Source: Trichormus sp. ATA11-4-KO1
GTDB lineage: Bacteria; Cyanobacteriota; Cyanobacteriia; Cyanobacteriales; Nostocaceae
Assembly (NCBI GenBank): GCA_019358915.1
Contig: JAHHIM010000021.1
Location: 1 to 64,000 of the forward strand
DNA: 64,000 nt
Direction of reading: 5' to 3'
Shown here piece after piece: positions 11,400 to 20,449 of this stretch. Position numbers and translations under genes: made by a program. Position 1 is the first letter of the stretch. Each line of letters starts with the position of its first letter. The notes below the pieces were generated by a model. That model was given only the letters and a program-made list of their open reading frames with translations, had not been told where the DNA came from and ran no database searches.

Positions 11400-11624
11400 A
11401 TGGCAGTTTTGCGTGAACCTCTTTGGTATCAAGAAATTGTACAGAGTGGACGACGGCAGGGACTTTTGTCTAGCATAGAAATGAGTTTGGAGGCGAAATT
11501 TGGAAGCGAAGGGTTAGAGTTATTTTCCCAAGTCTCCCAAATTTCTGATTTCGATAGATTAAGAGAAGTTTTACGTAGCATCGTTGTTGCAAATAGTATT
11601 GAAGAAGTCCGAGAAATTTTGTGA
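11400..11624 (+). CDS. Stand-alone Rpn C-terminal module (RpnS-like small protein)
   Basis: 74 aa; aligns without gaps to the last 74 aa of the upstream Rpn (40/74 identical, counted by hand). Confidence 0.75.
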   Translation: MAVLREPLWYQEIVQSGRRQGLLSSIEMSLEAKFGSEGLELFSQVSQISDFDRLREVLRSIVVANSIEEVREIL

Positions 11625-11750
11625 TTTGATTGTGTAATTAGTAAGTAATTACGAATTACGTCGCAGTCGATATTTGCTCCCAGGATGACTGTGTACTGTT
11701 TGAAGTAAAAATAGACATAGGGGCGGGCGATCGGGTGTTGGGAAATAAGT

Positions 11751-12749
11751 TTAAGGTGTGTTGACAAGATATTTATAAAGGTCATCAATCACGGCATTAG
11801 CAGCCGATGGATCTTGCCATACTATCCATGTCCAAAAATCAACAAGATAAACTTGCCCTTTTTGAACAGCTTTTAGCTTTTTCCAAAGAGGTTTACGTTT
11901 CAGTTTTTCATAAGCTTCTTTAGCACCAATATTATGAACCGGAAAGAATAGAATATCGCCATCTAATATCTCCAGCTTTTCCTCAGAGATGTTATAAATT
12001 CCACCAGTGGGTGTAACAACATTTTGTGCTGGTGGGCGTTGCAGTCCAAGTTCATCAAGGATAGAACCAACAAATGAGTTTTTAACAAGAGTGAAGTTGG
12101 TGGAAGGAACAGCACTAGCTACAGAAATTGTTTTATTTTGGCAATGATCGCCCAAAGCTACTTTGAGTTCCTCAAGTCGCTGATAGTAATGATTCATAAC
12201 TTTCTGCCCCACTGCTTCTTTCCCCAATACCTCAGCGACAAAGCTAAATTGGTCTTTCCACTTAGGCTCTTTCCACTTGGGCATATCATGAGGAACCACG
12301 ACTGTAGGAGCAATTTGAGAAAGCAAAGGGTATATTTTTTTGGCAGATTCCCAAGTCAAAATTAAATCAGGTTTAAGTAATAAAATTTTCTCTATATTGG
12401 GGCTATCTACCAAACCTATTTGTTGAACCCCTTTTATCTCTCCTCCCAGATGGGCTTGTTCTGTTGAATAGTTTGCATTCAAATCCTCAATTGAATGAAC
12501 ACTACTAGCAATGGGTTTAACACCGAGAGTAACCGCATTACTCAACAAGCTGTAGGGGGAAAGGATAATGACCCGTTTGGGGTGATTTGGAACACAGGTT
12601 TCCCCCATGAGGTGTTCCACGACTCGACAAGGAGTTGAGGGTGATTTAATACTCAGCATTACGGTATTATCAATCGCCGTGTTGCTACAAGCTGAGGCAA
12701 TCCCAATTATAAGTAGTGCTAGTAATAGTTGTTGCTTTACCCCCCTCAA
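11751..12749 (-). CDS. Iron-siderophore ABC transporter substrate-binding lipoprotein (FecB/FhuD-like)
   Basis: Lipobox IASAC, H.MGET.VP..PKRV, PNIEKIL.LKPDLI and LW..LKAV..G.VY. Start uncertain: TTG 12749 is the nearest in-frame start and lies inside a repeat. Confidence 0.85.
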   Translation of the reverse strand: MRGVKQQLLLALLIIGIASACSNTAIDNTVMLSIKSPSTPCRVVEHLMGETCVPNHPKRVIILSPYSLLSNAVTLGVKPIASSVHSIEDLNANYSTEQAHLGGEIKGVQQIGLVDSPNIEKILLLKPDLILTWESAKKIYPLLSQIAPTVVVPHDMPKWKEPKWKDQFSFVAEVLGKEAVGQKVMNHYYQRLEELKVALGDHCQNKTISVASAVPSTNFTLVKNSFVGSILDELGLQRPPAQNVVTPTGGIYNISEEKLEILDGDILFFPVHNIGAKEAYEKLKRKPLWKKLKAVQKGQVYLVDFWTWIVWQDPSAANAVIDDLYKYLVNTP

Positions 12750-12814
12750 TCCCCCCTTGCAAAGGACTTGTGTATACACGGTAGCCTTTGCAAGGGGAGG
12801 GTTAGGGTGGGGTC
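12738..12814. repeat. Composite palindromic REP-like repeat, downstream copy
   Basis: CCCCTTGCAAAG...CTTTGCAAGGGG palindrome plus GAGGGTTAGGGTGGGGTC; both ends match those of 13243-13509. Confidence 0.75.
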
Positions 12815-13183
12815 GCTCCTCGCAATTGACGAATCGTCTGAGCGATCGCCTCCACCACATCATCCAATTGTTGATATATTTGCTCATTAGTAAGCCTCAC
12901 CACGCAAATTCCCTTCGCTTCTAGATACAGTTGTCGTTCTTTGTCATATTCAATTGCGTCAGGTTGAAAGTGACTATCCCCATCAATTTCAATCGCTAAT
13001 TTGAGTTCAGGTAGATAGAAATCAACCACAAATGCACCAATGCTGTATTGTCTGCGAAATTTGCAATTTTCAACTTGTCGTCCTCTGAGCTTTGCCCAAA
13101 TTTTGGTTTCGGCTGGGGTTGAGTTGTTACGGAGAATGCGCCGTTTTTCCAGTTCGGAGGTTTTTTTTGTAGAGTTTGGTCAT
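12802..13183 (-). pseudogene. DUF559 / Vsr-like endonuclease domain protein, +1 frameshift in an A8 tract
   Basis: MTKLY, then A8 at 13161-13168, then TSELEKRRILRNNSTPAE..IW..LR...KFRRQYSIG.FVVDFY.PE.KLAIEIDG.SH...YD.ER..L in the next frame. Confidence 0.85.
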
Positions 13184-13242
13184 TAGTTGTTGGCATGGGT
13201 TTATTCCTGTTTATTATTCCCTGTTGTGTTTTGACTAATCTC

Positions 13243-13509
13243 TACCCCCCTTAATCCCACGCCACTTGCTACAAGTCGGGGAACCCGCCCAACGCAGTGG
13301 TTCCCCTTGCTAAGGCTACGGTGTACACACAAGTCTTAAAATCCCACCGGAAACTTGGTTTCGTTGCCCTAGCGCCAAAATTAGCGGAATAAATGGAGTT
13401 TCCAGTTGCCCAAAATTAGGGTATTTATGGGGCTAAAAGAGTTGAAACCCTTGCGGCTTATACTTGTGTGTACACGGTAGCTTTGCAAGGGGAGGGTTGG
13501 GGTGGGGTC
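13243..13509. repeat. Composite REP-like repeat, upstream copy, with nested elements
   Basis: Same ends as 12738-12814; contains a small dispersed repeat (about 13259-13303) and a TIR-bounded insert. Confidence 0.75.
13315..13481. mobile_element. MITE-like element, 167 bp
   Basis: Terminal inverted repeats GCTACGGTGTACACACAAGT (13315-13334) and ACTTGTGTGTACACGGTAGC (13462-13481), 19/20 match. Related single ends near 12766-12785 and 63338-63357. Confidence 0.75.
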
Positions 13510-16200
13510 AAAATTGCCACGAAATACTGCCTTGCACCGTAAACGGCTCACCAAAAGAGATGGTGTTTCGACTAAAGGCGCTTTCAAAATAATCGACATT
13601 AAACAGATTTCTAAAATTGAGGGCAGCGCGAAACCGATCGCGTTTATAGAAAATGGCTGCATCTGTTCGCAGATAGCTAGGAAGTTCTACGCTGTTGGCT
13701 AAATCAACTTGTCGCCCTCCCACATAGAATAATCCTAAACCAAAGCCTAATCTTTGGAAATTACCTTTTTGAATTTCATAAGTTGTCCACAGGTTGATGG
13801 CATTTTCTGGAACACCATTCAACCGATTACCTATGGGGAACGTATTGTCTTCAGTGATCTGAGCATCGGTATAGGCATAGCCAGCAATAATGTTCCATCC
13901 CGGCAGAATTTCACCTTGAACACTCAGTTCAACGCCTCGGCTGCGCTGTTCCCCAGTTTGAATCGAAAATTGACCTGGGGGTACACCGGGTCTATTATCA
14001 GTCGTTGTGACACCAGTGCGGGTCAGGTCGTAGAAAGCCAGGGTTGTCGAAAATCGCTCATTCAAATCTGCCTTGACCCCAACTTCATACTGAGTGCCGC
14101 GCTCTGGTTGAAAAACATCACCCTCAAAACTACGTCCAGTAACTGGGTTAAAGGAGCGACTGTAGCTGGTATAGAGAGAAATGGGTTGAATGGGCTGATA
14201 AACAATCCCCACACGCGGACTGAAGGCATTGCCTGATTGGCTAGTTCTGGTATCTCTCAGAAAATCTTGATTACGCTGCTCAAACAGATCGAATCGCCCA
14301 CCCAACAATAACTTGAGATTGTCTGCCAGCGTCACTTGGTCTTGAATATAAATCCCTAGAGTGTCTGTTACGTCTGCGCCATTAACAACGCGATTGAAAG
14401 CTCCATCAGCAAGCCGATCATATGTAGGGTTGAAAATGTCTAGGGGTACAGCAGGTGCGATCAAAATATTGTTTCTTTGATCAAATCTACCAAGATCAAC
14501 GCCAAGAGCTAGCTGATGATGAATTGAACCTGTTGAAAATCTACCCGTTAAATTGACATTTAAGTCGTAAATATCTGTTCGAGGTTCTTCATCGATAAGT
14601 AAGCCATTTAACGTTCTATTGTCAGGATCGAGACCAGTACTAAGACGAGTTTCACCTGAATATACGCGATCAAAGAATCTCACCTGAAACGCATTTTGTA
14701 ATGACCAGTTTTCACTGAACTCATGCTCTAGGCGGTACCCCACTCTGCTTCTTTGGCTAGTGAGAACAAAATCAGGGTTTCCAACAAAACGATTGCGCGG
14801 GATGCGTCCATTAGGGTTGGGCAGCACTGTACCGACCGTTGGCAAGCCTAAAAAGTTAGATTCGTTTGTCTCTGTGTATTCACCTTCTAAGGTGAAGCGA
14901 GTGCGTTCCCCAATTGCCACACTCACGACAGGCGCAATGGTGAATTGATCCCGCTCAACAAAATCAATAAAACTTCCTCTGTCTTGGTAGGATGCGTTCA
15001 GTCGGTACAAAACTGTCCTCGAATCGTTTAATGGCCCCGATAAATCAATAGCACCTCGATAAAAGTCATAACTACCAATAGTGGCATCAATCGCATAGAA
15101 GGGATCGCGTAGTGGTTGTTTCGTTACCACGTTGATGGTTCCCCCGGAGCTGCTGAACCGTAAAGCACTGAAGCCGGGCCTTTGAACACTTCAATTCTTT
15201 CAACATCAGGGGTAGTTTCCGCATTCAAACCGCCAGCCTCTCTCAACCCATTCCTGAGAATGAAGTTGTTGGCAAAATTTGTGTCGAGGAAGCCTCGAAT
15301 AATAAAGTTGCCAAGTTGCGTTGTTGAAGAATTGAATGGAGCTACCCCAGGAACATTTCTGAGGGCTTCGTTGTAGGTGGTGACATTTTGATCGCGCAAT
15401 ACTTCTTGGGGTACAACTTGAATCGATTGGGGAATATCTCGCAATGGTGTATCTGTCCTCGTTGCTGTACTTGCATTCGGTACTCGATAGCTATCTTGTT
15501 CACCTGTCACAACTAATTCAATCGGCTCATCCTGCTGCGCTGCTGGTTCATCTGGCGGTGCTTCACTCGTCGTCGGCTGTTCAACTTCAGGTTGCATTGC
15601 CGTTGTCGCAGGTGTCAGAGCAAAAATCAATCCTTCATCAATGTCAAATAACTCAACTGTTGGTAATCCTGTTTCACCAGCCACTGTCACCCGAATAGTA
15701 TTGGCATTAAAATTAGTAACAGTTATCTCAGTAATACCCTCAACTGGGTTTTGGGAACTGAATGTAAACGCATCACCACTGGGTAAACGCAGTTGAGCAT
15801 TGGGAATATCTGCAATAAAGTTATTCTCAGCACTGCGATTAGTGATTTGCAGTTGTTCCCCTTGAGTTGTTTGTAAAATCACCTCCACACCTTTATCTGT
15901 GGGATTAGCTTGCACCCCCGTCACTTCAATCACACCTTGCTGCTCAGGGGGGTTAGTTAGTGCTGGTGACTGCGCTAACATTCTGGCGCTAGTGCTGGGA
16001 GGCTCGATTTCACTCAATCGAGGAATTCTCAAACCTGTTTTCTGTTGTGTCGTTGCAGATATAATTTGTCTCTGCTCTACATCTTGCTGGTGAGGTTTTT
16101 CCCCAGCCCATACCGATGAAACCGCAATAATACTCAAATATCCCGAAAGACTGATTAAAAACGATAGACGAACACCAGCAGATAAACACAAACGCCTCAT
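13508..16200 (-). pseudogene. TonB-dependent siderophore receptor (AMIN, plug, beta-barrel), split by a 1-bp deletion
   Basis: The 5' ORF ends ERIEVFKGPASVLYGSAAPG; the 3' ORF resumes (GTIN)VVTKQP and ends ISWQF. The G5 run at 15141-15145 would need to be G6 to stay in frame. Confidence 0.9.
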
Positions 16201-16310
16201 AGTTCCTCACACAGCAATCAAAGCTTTTTGTCGCTAATTATTTTTGTTAGCTATGAGGTGTAGTGTAGAAAACTTGACTGTGGCGTGTCTATCCAAAAAA
16301 TGCCATTTAT

Positions 16311-17312
16311 CTAGCCAAAAAACGCTTTTTCTCCTGCCAAGTATTGGCTGGGTGTGATGCCATACTGTCGTTTGAACGCTGCTGCAAAATGACTTAGGTG
16401 GCTATACCCCACTAGATTTGCCACCTCTGACACTTTATGATCGCCTTGACACAATAACCCTTGGGCATTCTTCAACCGTTGCTGTGTCAAATAGCCCACT
16501 ACAGTTGTGTTAAACAGTGCGGAAAAACCTCTCTGGAGAGTACGAACACTAACTCCCACTTGCTGCGCTAGTTCCGAAAGCAATGGCGGATGCTCAAGTT
16601 GTGTTGTCAAAATTTCTTTAGCGTGGTAGATGCGGGCAATAGTGTCAGGTTTGAACCCTGGTAAGTCAAAAATTGGCTGTTGCTCTGCTGAAATCCAATC
16701 CAGGTGCATCGCCACTAACTCAAATACCTTTGCCTGAAGATACATTCGCTTTGCAGTACCGCGATAGGGTGGATTCCACATTTGTTGAGCAAGCGATCGC
16801 ATTGCTGGTGTCACCTTGGGATAAAATGAGTTTTTCCAGTCTTCTCCCTTAAACAGCAATTTCTGGACATCAGAGCTATATTGCCCATCCTCCAGCAAAA
16901 ACGAGTCTAGCAATTCTGGCGAAATCTCTACATTCACACAAGTTAAACCCTCTCCAGCCCGATGCTTTTCAATGTAGCCAGGCGAAATTCCACTACCGGA
17001 AAAGTAGCTATGGGTTCCACCTAGATTAGGATGAGTATTTTCAAAGTAAAGCAAACCTGATAGAAAAATTGTGAACTGAATCGGATGGTTGTGGGCAGGC
17101 GTTTTTACCATCAAGTCCTGGTGATATTCATGATCTGAGAAGTTTAACCACACCCCAGGCGATAGGTTCATACTGAGATCGTAGCCCCGTCCCAGGATTT
17201 CCGGCACACCTTCCAGCCTCTCAAAGCTATCAAGTACGAGATTCTGCACCTGGGGTTGAGGAGCCTGTTGATACAGTTCATCAAAGTCTGATTGGCTGAG
17301 GATGAGTGTCAT
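16311..17312 (-). CDS. AraC family transcriptional regulator (PchR-like)
   Basis: C-terminal double HTH: LA.QVGVS.RTL.RGF...V.EVA..VGYS..SHF..AFKR.YG.TP; located upstream of the receptor. Confidence 0.92.
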   Translation of the reverse strand: MTLILSQSDFDELYQQAPQPQVQNLVLDSFERLEGVPEILGRGYDLSMNLSPGVWLNFSDHEYHQDLMVKTPAHNHPIQFTIFLSGLLYFENTHPNLGGTHSYFSGSGISPGYIEKHRAGEGLTCVNVEISPELLDSFLLEDGQYSSDVQKLLFKGEDWKNSFYPKVTPAMRSLAQQMWNPPYRGTAKRMYLQAKVFELVAMHLDWISAEQQPIFDLPGFKPDTIARIYHAKEILTTQLEHPPLLSELAQQVGVSVRTLQRGFSALFNTTVVGYLTQQRLKNAQGLLCQGDHKVSEVANLVGYSHLSHFAAAFKRQYGITPSQYLAGEKAFFG

Positions 17313-17331
17313 GCTGGAGTGAGCTAAGTGC

Positions 17332-17351
17332 AATTTATTATCAATAAATTT
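17332..17351. promoter_or_regulatory. Putative Fur box
   Basis: Near-palindrome AATTTATTATCAATAAATTT (ATTGATAATAAATT on the minus strand) 20 bp upstream of the AraC start in an iron-uptake locus. Confidence 0.5.
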
Positions 17352-17607
17352 ACCACTATAGCCCTGGAAGCAAAATACTAAGACAGATTTTAAAAATGCT
17401 CTTGGGGTGTAACTGTTGGTTGATTCTTCATCTTACTCAGTGCTGAGTGCTGTAAAGCCCTGCGGGCATAGCTGCGCTTAGAGCGGTAGGCGATCGCATA
17501 TCTGAATCATAGGTAGTTTACTTTGAGCAATATGGACGAGGTGGGTCGTAAAAAATAGTAGAGTAAAGAGTGCATCTAGTAGCGTTAGAATCTTGACTAA
17601 ATCACCT

Positions 17608-18333
17608 GTGCGAAAAATAGTTATTGCCGGTAACTGGAAAATGTTCAAAACCCAGGCAGAAACCCAGGAGTTTTTACGAGGATTTCTGCCCCACTTGCAG
17701 GAAACGCCTGAAGGCAGAGAGGTTTTATTGTGCCCTCCCTTCACTAACTTAAACGTTTTATCCAAGAGTTTGCATGGCAGCCGCATACAACTGGGGGCAC
17801 AAAATGTCCACTGGGAAGAAAAAGGAGCCTACACGGGTGAAATTTCTGCCCCTATGCTGACGGAAAGTGGTGTCCGTTTTGTGATTGTCGGTCATAGCGA
17901 ACGACGGCAATATTTTTGTGAAACGGACACCACTGTTAATCTGCGCCTGAAAGCTGCTCAACAATATGGATTAACACCAATTCTCTGCGTTGGCGAAACT
18001 AAGCAACAAAGAAATGCTGGGGAAACTGAATCACTGATTAGCACCCAATTGGAGAAAGGCTTAGTGGGTGTCTCTCAAGAGAATTTGGTGATTGCCTACG
18101 AGCCGATTTGGGCAATTGGGACTGGTGACACTTGCGAAGCAACGGAGGCTAACCGGGTAATTGGCTTAATTCGTAGCCAGTTGAGTAATCCTCATGTGCC
18201 GATTCAATACGGCGGCTCAGTAAAGCCAGATAATATTGATGAGATTATGGCTCAACCAGAAATTGATGGTGTGCTTGTAGGCGGAGCGAGTCTAGAACCT
18301 GCAAGTTTCGCTCGGATTGTCAACTACAAGTAA
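17608..18333 (+). CDS. tpiA: Triosephosphate isomerase
   Basis: [28 protein letters not shown] and LVGGASL motifs. Confidence 0.97.
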   Translation: MRKIVIAGNWKMFKTQAETQEFLRGFLPHLQETPEGREVLLCPPFTNLNVLSKSLHGSRIQLGAQNVHWEEKGAYTGEISAPMLTESGVRFVIVGHSERRQYFCETDTTVNLRLKAAQQYGLTPILCVGETKQQRNAGETESLISTQLEKGLVGVSQENLVIAYEPIWAIGTGDTCEATEANRVIGLIRSQLSNPHVPIQYGGSVKPDNIDEIMAQPEIDGVLVGGASLEPASFARIVNYK

Positions 18334-18392
18334 TTTCATGTGTGGCGCTTTTTCCCTGGCAGAGCCGGGGAATGCGTGTATTAAGACTGATT

Positions 18393-19235
18393 ATGTCAAG
18401 CAAGTTATTAATTCGCGATCGCTGTTTCGAGTGGGGACAGCGAACTTATCTCATGGGTGTTTTAAATGTCACACCTGATAGCTTTAGTGATGGTGGCGTG
18501 TTTAATACAACTGCTGCGGCTTTAGCACAGGCGCAAACAATGGTGGCTGCTGGTGCTGACATGATTGATGTCGGTGGTCAATCAACTCGGCCGGGAGCGG
18601 AGCAAATAACTCTGGCAGAAGAATTGGAACGAGTAATACCAATATTGCAAGTGCTACGACCAGAAATTGCCATACCGATTTCCGTAGATACTACTAGGGC
18701 TACTGTAGCAAAAGCATCTGTTGAAGCTGGGGCAGATATAATTAATGATGTCTCTGGTGGTACGTTTGACTCGGAAATGTTGCCCACAGTAGCAAGTTTA
18801 GATGTACCGATTGTATTAATGCACATCCGGGGTACACCGCAGACGATGCAACAAATGACTGATTATCAGGATTTAATGGGAGAGATTTCTAGTTTTTTAG
18901 CAGCACAAATTGCAGCCGCAACTGCTGCGGGTATTGACCAAAAGAAAATTATTATTGACCCTGGTATAGGTTTTGCGAAAAACTATGAGCAAAATTTAGA
19001 AATTTTTCGCCGCTTGCGTTCATTGAAAACACTAAACTGTCCTATTTTAGTAGGCGCATCCCGTAAAAGTTTCATTGGTCGCATTCTAGATCAAGCAGAT
19101 CCAAAAGCACGAGTTTGGGGAACAGCAGCAGCGTGTTGTGCTGCTATTTTTAATGGTGCTGATATCCTGCGAGTTCACGATGTTCAAGAAATGCGAGATG
19201 TTTCATTGGTAGCTGATGCACTGTTGCGACTATAG
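18393..19235 (+). CDS. folP: Dihydropteroate synthase
   Basis: MGVLNVTPDSFSDGG, STRPG, DPGIGF, SRKSF and RVHDV motifs. Confidence 0.96.
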   Translation: MSSKLLIRDRCFEWGQRTYLMGVLNVTPDSFSDGGVFNTTAAALAQAQTMVAAGADMIDVGGQSTRPGAEQITLAEELERVIPILQVLRPEIAIPISVDTTRATVAKASVEAGADIINDVSGGTFDSEMLPTVASLDVPIVLMHIRGTPQTMQQMTDYQDLMGEISSFLAAQIAAATAAGIDQKKIIIDPGIGFAKNYEQNLEIFRRLRSLKTLNCPILVGASRKSFIGRILDQADPKARVWGTAAACCAAIFNGADILRVHDVQEMRDVSLVADALLRL

Positions 19236-19332
19236 CAGGGGACAGAGAACAGGGGATAGACTTTCAAATCTCTTGATGTCTGGGTTTTGTAATTAGTTTA
19301 TGTCCTTAGCTACGTGGCAACTGCTATAAAAA

Positions 19333-20175
19333 TTAAATATTGCCGTTTTCAGAGTTTCTACCATGACCTTCTTGCACGATCGCATCAGCAATTAACTGGT
19401 TATATACTTCATTAGTTTTGCTGGGGTCTACAAACACAATTTTGGCATTATTACTCTCACCGAGCTTTTGGCTAGCCTCCACATAATCTTGAGCCACGAG
19501 ATACCGGAGAATTTCCCGGCTTTCAGGATGGGAGCGTAAGGCTTCAGCAATGATCTGCATTGAAGTTTGAGTTCCTTGCGCTCTCTTAATGGCGGCGTCA
19601 CGTTCTCCTTCTGCTTCAAACGCCAGCGCCCGTTTTTTGATTTCGGCGGCTCGCTCTTCTTCCATTGACTTGCGTACACTCTCCGGTGGTGTAATGCTCT
19701 GAATATCTAACCGGATCATCTGCACTCCCCAATCTTCTGTTGTTTCATTCAACTGATTTAAGATGGCTTGGTCCATCTCAGATCGGGAGACATTAGTTTG
19801 TTCCACAGTGTTCTGAGCAATGATTTCTCGGAGCGTGGTTGTCGCTAGCTGTGTCAGAGAGCCTTGGAGATCGTCGATTTCGTAAAAACTTTTGACCATA
19901 TCTCTGATACGCCAAAACAGAACAGCATCAACTTCTAGATAAATGTTATCTCTGGTGATTACATTCTGAGGTTTGATGTCTATAAACTGCTCTCGGATTG
20001 TATCTTCCATGACAATTTGATCAACCAGGGGAACAATAAAGTTGAGTCCAGGCCCAAGTTTCCGATGATACCGCCCCAATCGCTCAACTAAAGCTTCGTT
20101 ACCTTGATTAATTAATTTGGCAGATCCTAAGGCATAGCCTATCAGCGCTAAGACTATGGCAATAATTGGCTCCAT
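19333..20175 (-). CDS. SPFH/band 7 (stomatin-like) protein
   Basis: N-terminal TM segment, VERLG.Y...L.PGL.F, ITRDN, DWGV and AERAAE-like coiled coil. Confidence 0.92.
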   Translation of the reverse strand: MEPIIAIVLALIGYALGSAKLINQGNEALVERLGRYHRKLGPGLNFIVPLVDQIVMEDTIREQFIDIKPQNVITRDNIYLEVDAVLFWRIRDMVKSFYEIDDLQGSLTQLATTTLREIIAQNTVEQTNVSRSEMDQAILNQLNETTEDWGVQMIRLDIQSITPPESVRKSMEEERAAEIKKRALAFEAEGERDAAIKRAQGTQTSMQIIAEALRSHPESREILRYLVAQDYVEASQKLGESNNAKIVFVDPSKTNEVYNQLIADAIVQEGHGRNSENGNI

Positions 20176-20449
20176 ATATGCTCCTATTCAGCTTTTGGGC
20201 GAATTTTAGTTTAAAGGACATGGTACTACCATAGTCCTAAGTTTAAGTCTAATGTTTTGCATCTGTAATTTTATGAACATGACTTCAGTATTTAATGACA
20301 AGTCGCAGCAAATCTTGTAGGTCTTGTACATGCAGGATAATTTGGCAGAATGCGATCGCTATTAAAGCACCTTGATCACACGCTGGCAAGGAGGAGTTAG
20401 GTAGTAAAATTTACGTTAATGGGGAATGGGGAGTGGGGAGTAAGTATGA

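Noticed and set aside
12996..13196. 66-aa ORF MPTTNDQ...
   Set aside because: Off-frame reading of the frameshifted DUF559 5' region.
13381..13702. Short ORFs at the 3' end of the receptor gene
   Set aside because: Alternative frames across the receptor end and repeat DNA; no independent coding signal.
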